Shown one piece after another: positions 34,001 through 46,293 of a stretch of DNA of 64,000 bases. Position numbers and translations under genes: made by a program. Under the pieces are notes generated by a model. That model had not been told where the DNA came from, ran no database searches, and saw nothing but the letters and a program-made list of their open reading frames with translations. This DNA is from Eledone cirrhosa (Eukaryota). The stretch is taken from assembly GCA_964016885.1 (NCBI GenBank), contig OZ024743.1, positions 180,730,001-180,794,000 on the forward strand, written 5' to 3'. Each line of letters opens with the position of its first letter. Position 1 is the first letter of the stretch.

Positions 34001-37000
34001 GTTGTTGTTGTAGTTGTTGTTGGTGGTGGTCGTGTTGTTGTTGTAGTTGTTGTTGGTGGCGGTGTTGTAGTTGTAGTTGTTGTTGGTGGTGTTGTTGTTG
34101 TTGTAGTTGTAGTTGTTGTTGGTAGTGTTGTTGTTGTTGTAGTTGTAGTTGTTGGTGTTGTAGTTGTTGTTGGTGGTGGTGTTGTTGTAGTTGTTGTTGG
34201 TGGCGGTGTTGTAGTTGTAGTTGTTGTTGGTGGTGTTGTTGTTGTCGTAGTTGTAGTTGTTGTTGGTGTTGTAGTTGTAGTTGTTGTTGGTGGCGGTGTT
34301 GTAGTTGTTGCTGGTGGTGGTGTTGTTGTAGTTGTTGTTGGTGGCGGTGTTGTAGTTGTAGTTGTTGTTGGTGGTGTTGTTGTTGTTGTAGTTGTAGTTG
34401 TTGGTGTTGTAGGTGTTGTTGGTGGTGGTGTTGTTGTAGTTGTTGTTGGTGGCGGTGTTGTAGTTGTAGTTGTTGTTGGTGGTGTTGTTGTTGTCGTAGT
34501 TGTAGTTGTTGTTGGTGTTGTAGTTGTAGTTGTTGTTGGTGGTGGTGTTGTTGCAGTTGTTGTTGGTGGCGGTGTTGTAGTTGTAGTTGTTGTTGGTGGT
34601 GTTGTTGTTGTCGTAGTTGTAGTTGTTGTTGGTGTTGTAGTTGTAGTTGTTGCTGGTGGCGGTGTTGTTGTTGTAGTTGTTGTTGGTGGTGGTCGTGTTG
34701 TTGTTGTAGTTGTTGTTGGTGGTGGTGTTGTAGTTGTTGTTGGTGGTGGTGTTGTAGTTGTAGTTGGTGGTGGTGGTGGTGTTGTTGTTGTAGTTGTAGT
34801 TGTTGTTGTTGGTGGTGTTGTAGTTGTTGTTGGTGGTGGTGGTGGTGTTGTTGTTGTAGTTGTAGTTGTTGTTAGTGGTGGTGTTGTAGTTGTAGTTGTA
34901 GTTGTTGTTAGTGGTGGTGTTGTAGTTGTAGTTGTTGTTGGTGGTGTTGTTGTTGTAGTTGTTGTTGGTGGTGGTGGTGGTGTTGTTGTTGTAGTTGTAG
35001 TTGTTGGTGTTGGTGGTGTTGTAGTTGTAGTTGTTGTTGGTGGTGGTGTTGTAGTTGTAGTTGTTGGTGGTGGTGTTGTAGTTGTAGTTGTTGTTGGTGG
35101 TGGTGTTGTTGTTGTAGTTGTTGTTGGTGGTGGTGTTTTAGTTGTAGTTGTTGGTGGTGGTGGTGTTGTAGTTGTAGTTGTTGTTGGTGGTGGTGTTGTT
35201 GTTGTAGTTGTTGTTGGTGGTGGTGGTGGTGTTGTAGTTGTAGTTGTAGTTGTTGTTGGTGGTGGTGTTGTAGTTGTAGTTGTTGTTGGTGGTGGTGTTG
35301 TAGTTGTAGTTGTTGGTGGTGGTGTTGTAGTTGTTGTTGGTGGTTGTGTTGTAGTTGTTGTTGTTGTTGGTGGTGTTGTTGTTGTTGTTGGTGGTGGTGT
35401 TGTAGTTGTAGTTGGTGGTGGTGTTGTAGTTGTAGTTGTTGGAGGTGGTGGTGGTGTTGTAGTTGTAGTTGTTGGTGGTGGTGGTGTTGTAGTTGTAGTT
35501 GTTGGTGGTGGTGGTGGTGTTGTTGTAGTTGTTGTTGGTGGTGGTGGTGTTGTTGTAGTCGTTGTTGGTGGTGGTGGTGTTGTTGTAGTTGTTGGTGGTG
35601 GTGGTGCTGTAGTTGTAGTTGTTGGTGGTGGTGGTGTTGTTCTTGTAGTTGTATGTGGTGGTGGTGTTGTAGTTGTAGTTGTTGTTGGTGGTGGTGTTGT
35701 AGTTGTTGTTGGTGATGGTGTTGTTGTTGTAGTTGTTGGTGGCGGTGGTGTTGTAGTTGTAGTTGTTGGTGGTGGCGGTGTTGTTGTTGTTGTAGTTGTT
35801 GTTGTAGTTGTAGTTGGTGGTGTTGTTGTTGTTGTAGTTGTAGTTGTTGTTGGTGGTGGTGTTGTTGTTGTTGTAGTTGTTGTTGGTGGTGGTGTTGTAG
35901 TTGTAGTTGTTGTTGGTGGTGGTGTTGTAGTTGTAGTTGTTGTTGGTGGTGGTGTTGTAGTTGTTGTTGTTGTTGGTGGTGTTGTTGTTGTAGTTGTTGT
36001 TGGTGGCGGTGTTGTAGTTGTAGTTGTTGTTGGTGGTGTTGTTGTTGTTGTAGTTGTTGTTGGTGGTGGTGTTGTAGTTGTAGTTGTTGTTGGTGGTGGT
36101 GTTGTAGTTGTAGTTGTTGTTGGTGGTGGTGTTGTAGTTGTAGTTGTTGTTGGTGGCGGTGTTGTAGTTGTAGTTGGTGGTGGCGGTGTTGTTGTTGTTG
36201 TAGTTGTTGTTGGTTGTGGTGTTGTTGTTGTAGTTGTTGTTGGTGGCGGTGTTGTAGTTGTAGTTGGTGGTGGCGGTGTTGTTGTTGTTGTAGTTGTTGT
36301 TGGTGGTGGTGTTGTTGTTGTAGTTGTTGTTGTTGGTGGTGGTGTTGTAGTTGTAGTTGTTGTTGGTGGTGGTGTTGTAGTTGTAGTTGTTGGTGGTGGT
36401 GTTGTTGTTGTAGTTGTTGTTGGTGGTGGTGTTGTAGTTGTAGTTGTTGTTGGTGGTGGTGTTGTAGTTGTTGTTGTTGTAGTTGTAGTTGTTGTTGGTG
36501 GTGGTGTTGTAGTTGTTGTTGTTGTAGTTGTAGTTGTTGTTGGGGGTGGTGTTGTAGTTGTAGTTGTTGGCGGCGGTGGTGTTGTAGTTGTAGTTGTTGG
36601 TGGTGGTGTTGTAGTTGTAGTTGTTGTTGGTGGTGGTGTTGTAGTTGTTGTTGTTGTTGGTGGTGTTGTTGTTGTAGTTGTTGTTGGTGGCGGTGTTGTA
36701 GTTGTTGTTGGTGGTGTTGTTGTTGTTGTAGTTGTAGTTGTTGTTGGTGTTGTAGTTGTAGTTGTTGTTGGTGGTGGTGTTGTAGTTGTTGTTGGTGGTG
36801 GTGTTGTTGTAGTTGTTGTTGGTGGCGGTGTTGTAGTTGTAGTTGTTGTTGGTGGTGTTGTTGTTGTTGTAGTTGTAGTTGTTGTTGGTAGTGTTGTTGT
36901 TGTTGTAGTTGTAGTTGTTGGTGTTGTTGTTGTTGGTGGTGGTGTTGTTGTAGTTGTTGTTGGTGGCGGTGTTGTAGTTGTAGTTGTTGTTGGTGGTGTT

Positions 37001-38274
37001 GTTGTTGTCGTAGTTGTAGTTGTTGTTGGTGTTGTAGTTGTAGTTGTTGTTGGTGGCGGTGTTGTAGTTGTTGCTGGTGGTGGTGTTGTTGTAGTTGTTG
37101 TTGGTGGCGGTGTTGTAGTTGTAGTTGTTGTTGGTGGTGTTGTTGTTGTTGTAGTTGTAGTTGTTGGTGTTGTAGGTGTTGTTGGTGGTGGTGTTGTTGT
37201 AGTTGTTGTTGGTGGCGGTGTTGTAGTTGTAGTTGTTGTTGGTGGTGTTGTTGTTGTCGTAGTTGTAGTTGTTGTTGGTGTTGTAGTTGTAGTTGTTGTT
37301 GGTGGTGGTGTTGTTGCACTTGTTGTTGGTGGCGGTGTTGTAGTTGTAGTTGTTGTTGGTGGTGTTGTTGTTGTCGTAGTTGTAGTTGTTGTTGGTGTTG
37401 TAGTTGTAGTTGTTGCTGGTGGCGGTGTTGTTGTTGTAGTTGTTGTTGGTGGTGGTCGTGTTGTTGTTGTAGTTGTTGTTGGTGGTGGTGTTGTAGTTGT
37501 TGTTGGTGGTGGTGTTGTAGTTGTAGTTGGTGGTGGTGGTGGTGTTGTTGTTGTAGTTGTAGTTGTTGTTGTTGGTGGTGTTGTAGTTGTTGTTGGTGGT
37601 GGTGGTGGTGTTGTTGTTGTAGTTGTAGTTGTTGTTAGTGGTGGTGTTGTAGTTGTAGTTGTAGTTGTTGTTAGTGGTGGTGTTGTAGTTGTAGTTGTTG
37701 TTGGTGGTGTTGTTGTTGTAGTTGTTGTTGGTGGTGGTGGTGGTGTTGTTGTTGTAGTTGTAGTTGTTGGTGTTGGTGGTGTTGTAGTTGTAGTTGTTGT
37801 TGGTGGTGGTGTTGTAGTTGTAGTTGTTGGTGGTGGTGTTGTAGTTGTAGTTGTTGTTGGTGGTGGTGTTGTTGTTGTAGTTGTTGTTGGTGGTGGTGTT
37901 GTAGTTGTAGTTGTTGGTGGTGGTGGTGTTGTAGTTGTAGTTGTTGTTGGTGGTGGTGTTGTTGTTGTAGTTGTTGTTGGTGGTGGTGGTGGTGTTGTAG
38001 TTGTAGTTGTAGTTGTTGTTGGTGGTGTTGTTGTTGTAGTTGTTGTTGGTGGTTGTGTTGTAGTTGTAGTTGTTGTTGGTGGTGGTGGTGGTGTTGTAGT
38101 TGTAGTTGTTGGTGTTGGTGGTGTTGTAGTTGTAGTTGTTGTTGGTGGTGGTGGTGGTGTTGTAGTTGTAGTTGTTGGTGTTGGTGGTGTTGTAGTTGTA
38201 GCTGTTGTTGGTGGTGGTGTTGTAGTTGTAGTTGTTGTTGGTGGTGGTGTTGTAGTTGTAGTTGTTGTTGGTGG

Positions 38275-38316
<42 letters not shown>

Positions 38317-41285
38317 AGTTGTTGTTGGTGGTGGTGGTGTTGTTGTAGTAGATGTTGTGGTGGTGGTGTTGTTGTAGTTGTCGTTGGTGGTGGTGTTGTT
38401 GTTGTAGTTGTTGTTGGTGGTGGTGTTGTAGTTGTAGTTGTTGGTGGTGGTGGTGGTGTTGTAGTTGTAGTTGTTGTTGGTGGTGGTGGTGTTGTAGTTG
38501 TTGTTGGTGGTGGTGTTGTAGTTGTTGTAGTTGTTGTTGGTGGTGTTGTTGTTGTAGTTGTTGTTGTAGTTGGTGGTGGTATTGTTGTTGTAGTTGTAGT
38601 TGTTGTTGTAGGTGGTGTTGTTGTTGTAGTTGTTGTTGTTGGTGGTGGTGTTGTAGTTGTAGTTGTAGTTGTTGTTGGTGGTGGTGGTGTTGTTGTAGTT
38701 GTTGTTGGTGGCGTTGTTGTAGTTGTAGTTGTTGTTGTTGGTGGTGTTGTTGTTGTTGTAGTTGTTGTTGGTGGTGGTGGTGTTGTTGTAGTTGTTGTTG
38801 GTGGTGGTGGTGTTGTAGTTGTAGTTGTTGTTGGTGGTGGTGTTGTAGTTGTAGTTGTTGTTGGTGGTGGTGGTGTTGTAGTTGTAGTTGTTGTTGGTGG
38901 TGGTGTTGTAGTTGTAGTTGTTGTTGTAGGTGGTGTTGTTGTTGTTGTAGTTGTTGTTGTTGGTGGTGGTGTTGTTGTTGTAGTTGTTGTTGGTGGTGGT
39001 GGTGTTGTTGTAGTTGTTGTTGGTGGCGTTGTTGTAGTTGTAGTTGTTGTTGGTGGTGGTGTTGTTGTTGTTGTAGTTGTTGTTGGTGGTGGTGGTGTTG
39101 TAGTTGTAGTTGTTGTTGGTGGTGGTGTTGTAGCTGTAGTTGTTGTTGGTGGTGGTGTTGTAGTTGTAGTTGTTGTTGTAGGTGGTGTTGTTGTTGTTGT
39201 AGTTGTTGTTGTTGGTGGTGTTGTTGTTGTTGTAGTTGTTGTTGATGGTGGTGTTGTTGTTGTAGTTGTTGTTGGTGGTGGTGTTGTAGTTGTAGATGTT
39301 GTTGGTGGTGGTGTTGTTGTTGTAGTTGTTGGTGGTGGTGCTGTTTTTGTTGTTGTAGTTGTTGTTGGTGGTGGTGTTGTTGTTGTAGTTGTTGTTGTTG
39401 GTGGTGTTGTAGTTGTAGTTGTTGTTGGTGGTGGTGTTGTAGTTGTAGTTGTTGGTGGTGGTGTTGTTGTAGTTGTAGTTGGTGGTGGTGGTGTTGTTGT
39501 TGTTGTTGGTGGTGGTGGTGTTGTTGTAGTTGTTGTTGGTGGTGGTGTTGTAGTTGTAGTTGTTGTAGTTGGTGGTGGTGTTGTTGTAGTTGTAGTTGTT
39601 GTTGTTGGTGGTGTTGTTGTTGTTGTAGTTGTTGTTGGTGGTGGTGGTGTTGTTGTAGTTGTTGTTGGTGGTGGTGGTGTTGTAGTTGTAGTTGTTGTTG
39701 GTGGTGGTGTTGTAGTTGTAGTTGTTGTTGGTGGTGGTGGTGTTGTAGTTGTAGTTGTTGTTGGTGGTGTTGTTGTTGTTGTAGTTGTTGTTGTTGGTAG
39801 TGGTGTTGTAGTTGTAGTTGTTGTTGGTGGTGGTGTTGTAGTTGTAGTTGTTGTTGTTGGTGGCGGTGTTGTAGTTGTAGTTGTTGTTGGTGGTGTTGTT
39901 GTTGTTGTAGTTGTAGTTGTTGTTGGTAGTGTTGTTGTTGTTGTAGTTGTAGTTGTTGGTGTTGTAGTTGTTGTTGGTGGTGGTGTTGTTGTAGTTGTTG
40001 TTGGTGGCGGTGTTGTAGTTGTAGTTGTTGTTGGTGGTGTTGTTGTTGTCGTAGTTGTAGTTGTTGTTGGTGTTGTAGTTGTAGTTGTTGTTGGTGGCGG
40101 TGTTGTAGTTGTTGCTGGTGGTGGTGTTGTTGTAGTTGTTGTTGGTGGCGGTGTTGTAGTTGTAGTTGTTGTTGGTGGTGTTGTTGTTGTTGTAGTTGTA
40201 GTTGTTGGTGTTGTAGGTGTTGTTGGTGGTGGTGTTGTTGTAGTTGTTGTTGGTGGCGGTGTTGTAGTTGTAGTTGTTGTTGGTGGTGTTGTTGTTGTCG
40301 TAGTTGTAGTTGTTGTTGGTGTTGTAGTTGTAGTTGTTGTTGGTGGTGGTGTTGTTGTAGTTGTTGTTGGTGGCGGTGTTGTAGTTGTAGTTGTTGTTGG
40401 TGGTGTTGTTGTTGTCGTAGTTGTAGTTGTTGTTGGTGTTGTAGTTGTAGTTGTTGCTGGTGGCGGTGTTGTTGTTGTAGTTGTTGTTGGTGGTGGTCGT
40501 GTTGTTGTTGTAGTTGTTGTTGGTGGTGGTGTTGTAGTTGTTGTTGGTGGTGGTGTTGTAGTTGTAGTTGGTGGTGGTGGTGGTGTTGTTGTTGTAGTTG
40601 TAGTTGTTGTTGTTGGTGGTGTTGTAGTTGTTGTTGGTGGTGGTGGTGGTGTTGTTGTTGTAGTTGTAGTTGTTGTTAGTGGTGGTGTTGTAGTTGTAGT
40701 TGTAGTTGTTGTTAGTGGTGGTGTTGTAGTTGTAGTTGTTGTTGGTGGTGTTGTTGTTGTAGTTGTTGTTGGTGGTGGTGGTGGTGTTGTTGTTGTAGTT
40801 GTAGTTGTTGGTGTTGGTGGTGTTGTAGTTGTAGTTGTTGTTGGTGGTGGTGTTGTAGTTGTAGTTGTTGGTGGTGGTGTTGTAGTTGTAGTTGTTGTTG
40901 GTGGTGGTGTTGTTGTTGTAGTTGTTGTTGGTGGTGGTGTTGTAGTTGTAGTTGTTGGTGGTGGTGGTGTTGTAGTTGTAGTTGTTGTTGGTGGTGGTGT
41001 TGTTGTTGTAGTTGTTGTTGGTGGTGGTGGTGGTGTTGTAGTTGTAGTTGTAGTTGTTGTTGGTGGTGGTGTTGTAGTTGTAGTTGTTGTTGGTGGTGGT
41101 GTTGTAGTTGTAGTTGTTGGTGTTGGTGGTGTTGTAGTTGTAGTTGTTGTTGGTGGTGGTGGTGGTGTTGTAGTTGTAGTTGTTGGTGTTGGTGGTGTTG
41201 TAGTTGTAGTTGTTGTTGGTGGTGGTGTTGTAGTTGTAGTTGTTGTTGGTGGTGGTGTTGTAGTTGTAGTTGTTGTTGGTGGTGG

Positions 41286-41324
<39 letters not shown>

Positions 41325-44300
41325 AGTTGTTGTTGGTGGTGGTGGTGTTGTAGTAGATGTTGTGGTGGTGGTGTTGTTGTAGTTGTTGTTGGTGGTGGTG
41401 TTGTTGTTGTAGTTGTTGTTGGTGGTGGTGTTGTAGTTGTAGTTGTTGGTGGTGGTGGTGGTGTTGTAGTTGTAGTTGTTGTTGGTGGTGGTGGTGTTGT
41501 AGTTGTAGTTGTTGTTGGTGGTGGTGTTGTAGTTGTTGTAGTTGTTGTTGGTGGTGTTGTTGTTGTAGTTGTTGTTGTAGTTGATGGTGGTGTTGTTGTT
41601 GTAGTTGTAGTTGTTGTTGTAGGTGGTGTTGTTGTTGTAGTTGTTGTTGTTGGTGGTGGTGTTGTAGTTGTAGTTGTAGTTGTTGTTGGTGGTGGTGGTG
41701 TTGTTGTAGTTGTTGTTGGTGGCGTTGTTGTAGTTGTAGTTGTTGTTGTTGGTGGTGTTGTTGTTGTTGTAGTTGTTGTTGGTGGTGGTGGTGTTGTTGT
41801 AGTTGTTGTTGGTGGTGGTGGTGTTGTAGTTGTAGTTGTTGTTGGTGGTGGTGTTGTAGTTGTAGTTGTTGTTGGTGGTGGTGGTGTTGTAGTTGTAGTT
41901 GTTGTTGGTGGTGGTGTTGTAGTTGTAGTTGTTGTTGTAGGTGGTGTTGTTGTTGTTGTAGTTGTTGTTGTTGGTGGTGGTGTTGTTGTTGTAGTTGTTG
42001 TTGGTGGTGGTGGTGTTGTTGTAGTTGTTGTTGGTGGCGTTGTTGTAGTTGTAGTTGTTGTTGGTGGTGGTGTTGTTGTTGTTGTTGTAGTTGTTGTTGG
42101 TGGTGGTGGTGTTGTAGTTGTAGTTGTTGTTGGTGGTGGTGTTGTAGCTGTAGTTGTTGTTGGTGGTGGTGTTGTAGTTGTAGTTGTTGTTGTAGGTGGT
42201 GTTGTTGTTGTTGTAGTTGTTGTTGTTGGTGGTGTTGTTGTTGTTGTAGTTGTTGTTGGTGGTGGTGTTGTTGTTGTAGTTGTTGTTGGTGGTGGTGTTG
42301 TAGTTGTAGATGTTGTTGGTGGTGGTGTTGTTGTTGTAGTTGTTGGTGGTGGTGCTGTTGTTGTTGTTGTAGTTGTTGTTAGTGGTGGTGTTGTTGTTGT
42401 AGATGTTGTTGTTGGTGGTGTTGTAGTTGTAGTTGTTGTTGGTGGTGGTGTTGTAGTTGTAGTTGTTGGTGGTGGTGTTGTTGTAGTTGTAGTTGGTGGT
42501 GGTGGTGTTGTTGTAATTGTTGTCGGTGGTGGTGTTGTAGTCGTAGTTGTTGTTGGAGGTGGTGTTGTAGTTGTTGTTGTTGGTGGTGGTGTTGTAGTTG
42601 TTGTTGGTGGTGGTGGTGTTGTTGTAGTTGTTGTTGGTGGTGGTGTTGTAGTTGTAGTTGTTGTTGTTGGTGGTGGTGTTGATGTAGTTGTAGTTGTTGT
42701 TGTTGGTGGTGTTGTTGTTGTTGTGGTTGTTGTTGGTGGTGGTGGTGTTGTTGTAGTTGTTGTTGGTGGTGGTGGTGTTGTAGTTGTAGTTGTTGTTGGT
42801 GGTGGTGTTGTAGTTGTAGTTGTTGTTGTTGGTGGTGGTGTTGTAGTTGTTGTTGGTGGTGGTGGTGTTGTTGTAGTTGTTGTTGTTGGTGGTGGTGTTG
42901 TTGTTGTAGTTGTTGTTGGTGGTGGTGGTGTTGTTGTAGTTGTTGTTGGTGGCGTTGTTGTAGTTGTAGTTGTTGTTGGTGGTGGTGGTGTTGTTGTAGT
43001 TGTTGTTGGTGCTGGTGGTGTTGTTGTAGTTGTTGTTGTTGGTGGTGGTGTTGTAGTTGTTGGTGGTGGTGTTGTTGTTGTTGTAGTTGTTGTTGTTGGT
43101 GGTGGTGTTGTAGTTGTTGGTGGTGGTGTTGTTGTTGTTGTAGTTGTTGTTGGTGGTGGTGGTGTTGTAGTTGTAGTTGTTGTTGGTGGTGGTGTTGTAG
43201 CTGTAGTTGTTGTTGGTGGTGGTGTTGTAGTTGTAGTTGTTGTTGTAGGTGTTGTTGTTGTTGTTGTAGTTGTTGTTGGTGGTGTTGTTGTTGTTGTAGT
43301 TGTTGTTGGTGGTGGTGTTGTTGTTGTAGTTGTTGTTGGTGGTGGTGTTGTAGTTGTAGATGTTGTTGGTGGTGGTGTTGTTGTTGTAGTTGTTGTTGGT
43401 GGTGCTGTTGTTGTTGTTGTAGTTGTTGTTGGTGGTGGTGTTGTTGTTGTAGTTGTTGTTGTTGGTGGTGTTGTAGTTGTAGTTGTTGTTGGTGGTGGTG
43501 TTGTAGTTGTAGTTGTTGGTGGTGGTGTTGTTGTAGTTGTAGTTGGTGGTGGTGGTGTTGTTGTAGTTGTTGTTGGTGGTGGTGTTGTAGTTGTATTCGT
43601 TGTTGGAGGTGGTGTTGTAGTTGTTGTTGTTGGTGGTGGTGTTGTAGTTGTTGTTGGTGGTGGTGGTGTTGTTGTAGTTGTTGTTGGTGGTGGTGTTGTA
43701 GTTGTAGTTGTTGTTGTTGGTGGTGGTGTTGTTGTAGTTGTTGTTGGTGGTGGTGGTGGTGTTGTTGTTGTAGTTGTTGTTGGTGGTGGTGGTGTTGTTG
43801 TAGTTGTTGTTGTTGGTGGTGGTGTTGTAGTTGTTGTTGTTGGTGGTGGTGTTGTAGTTGTTGTTGGTGGTGGTGTTGTTGTTGCAGTTGTTGTTGGTGG
43901 TGGTGTTGCTGTTGTAGTTGTTGTTGTTGGTGGTGGTGGTGTTGTTGTTGTAGTTGTTGGTGGTGGTGGTGTTGTTGTTGTAGGTGTTGTTGGTGGTGGT
44001 GTTGTAGTTGTAGTTGTTGTTGGTGGCGGTGTTGCTGTTGTAGTTGTTGTTGTTGGTGGTGGTGGTGGTGTTGTTGTTGTAGTTGTTGTTGGTGGTGGTG
44101 TTGTTGTTGTAGTTGTTGTTGGTGGCGGTGTTGTTGTTGTAGTTGTTGTTGGTGGTGGTGGTGTTGTTGTAGTTGTTGTTGTGGTGGTGGTGTTGTTGTA
44201 CTTGTTGTTGTAGTTGTTGTTGGTGGTGGTGTTGTAGTTGTAGTTGTTGGTGGTGGTGGTGGTGTTGTAGTTGTAGTTGTTGGTGGTGGTGGTGGTGTTG

Positions 44301-46261
44301 TAGTTGTTGTTGGTGGTGTTGTTGTTGTAGTTGTTGTAGTTGGTGGTGGTGTTGTTGTTGTAGTTGTAGTTCTTGTTGTAGGTGGTGGTGTTGTTGTTGT
44401 TGTTGTTGTTGTTGGTGGTGGTGTTGTTGTTGTAGTTGTAGTTGTTGTTGGTGGTGGTGGTGTTGTAGTTGTTGGTGGTGGTGTTGTTGTTGTTGTAGTT
44501 GTTGTTGGTGGTGGTGGTGTTGTAGTTGTAGTTGTTGTTGGTGGTGGTGTTGTAGTTGTAGTTGTTGACGGTGGTGGTGGTGTTGTAGTTGTAGTTGTTG
44601 TTGGTGGTGGTGTTGTAGTTGTAGTTGTTGTTGTAGGTGGTGTTGTTGTTGTTGTAGTTGTTGTTGTTGGTGGTGGTGTTGTTGTTGTAGTTGTTGTTGG
44701 TGGTGGTGGTGTTGTTGTAGTTGTTGTTGGTGGCGTTGTTGTAGTTGTAGTTGTTGTTGTCGGTGGTGTTGTTGTTGTTGTAGTTGTTGTTGGTGGTGGT
44801 GGTGTTGTAGTTGTAGTTGTTGTTGGTGGTGGTGTTGTAGCTGTAGTTGTTGTTGGTGGTGGTGTTGTAGTTGTAGTTGTTGTTGTTGGTGATGGTGGTG
44901 TTGTTGTAGTTGTTGTTGGTGGCGGTGTTGTAGTTGTAGTTGTTGGTGGTGGTGGTGTTGTAGTTGTTGTTGGTGGTGGTGTTGTAGTTGTAGTTGTTGT
45001 TGGTGGTGGTGTTGTTGTTGTAGTTGTAGTTGTTGTTGTAGGTGGTGTTGTTGTTGTAGTTGTTGTTGTTGGTGGTGGTGGTGTTGTAGTTGTAGTTGTT
45101 GGTGGTGGTGGTGTTGTTGTTGTTGTAGTTGTTGTTGGTGGTGGTGGTGTTGTTGTAGTTGTTGTTGTTGGTGGTGGTGTTGTTGTAGTTGTTGGTGGTG
45201 TTGTAGTTGTAGTTGTTGTTGTTGATAGTGGTGGTGTTGTTGTAGTTGTTGTTGTTGGTGGTGGTGTTGTAGTTGTAGTTGTTGTTGTTGGTGGTGTTGT
45301 AGCTGTAGTTGTTGTTGTTGGTGGTGGTGTTGTTGTAGTTGTTGTTGGTGCTGGTGGTGTTGTTGTAGTTGTTGTTGGTGGCGGTGTTGTAGTTGTAGTT
45401 GTTGTTGGTGGTGGTGTTGTTGTTGTAGTTGTTGTTGGTGGTGGTGGTGGTGTTGTTGTTGTAGTTGTTGTAGATGGTGGTGTTGTAGTTGTAGTTGTTG
45501 TTGGTGGTGGTGGTGTTGTTGTAGTTGTTGGTGGCGGTGGTCTTGTTGTTGTAGTTGTAGTTGTTGTTGGTGGTGGTGTTGTAGTTGTAGTTGTTGGTGG
45601 TGGTGTTGTTGTAGTTGTTGTTGTTGGTGGTGGTGGTGTTGTTGTAGTTGTTGTTGGTGGTGGTGTTGTAGTTGTAGTTGTTGTTGGAGGTGGCGTTGTA
45701 GTTGTTGTTGTTGGTGGTGGTGTTGTAGTTGTTGTTGTTGGTGGTGGTGTTGTTGTAGTTGTTGTTGGTGGTGGTGTTGTAGTTGTAGTTGTTGTTGTTG
45801 GTGGTGGTGTTGTTGTAGTTGTTGTTGGTGGTGGTGGTAGTTTTGTTGTTGTAGTTGTTGTTGGTGGTGGTGTTGTTGTTGTAGTTGTTGTTGGTGGCGG
45901 TGTTGTTGTAGTTGTTGTTGGTGGTGGTGTTGCTGTTGTAGTTGTTGTTGGTGGTGGTGGCGTTGTTGTTGTAGTTGTTGGTGGTGGTGGTGTTGTTGTT
46001 GTAGTTGTTGTTGGTGTTGTAGTTGTAGTTGTTGTTGGTGGCGGTGTTGCTGTTGTAGTTGTTGTTGTTGGTGGTGGTGGTGTTGTTGTTGTAGTTGTTG
46101 TTGGTGGTGGTGTTGTTGTTGTAGTTGTTGTTGGTGGCGGTGTTGTTGTTGTAGTTGTTGTTGGTGGTAGTGGTGTTGTTGTAGTTGTTGTTGTGGTGGT
46201 GGTGTTGTTGTAGTTGTTGTTGGTGGTGGTGTTGTTGTTGTAGTTGTTGTTGGTAGTGGTG

Positions 46262-46293
<32 letters not shown>

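Noticed and set aside
34908-37319. 803-aa Gln/His minus-strand ORF in the track
   Set aside because: It is called only because a point variant (GCACTT) creates a GTG. It is an alternative phase of the T/P core, and that phase has many TAA stops nearby.
23183-38377. 5064-aa Val/Gly plus-strand ORF and the other V/G ORFs (2212, 6241, 10713, 17404, 42723, 57993)
   Set aside because: These are the antisense shadow of the Thr/Pro frame. They start at GTG/TTG inside the repeat in a eukaryotic context, are implausibly hydrophobic, and have no unique N-terminus. Not formally excluded without stranded RNA data.
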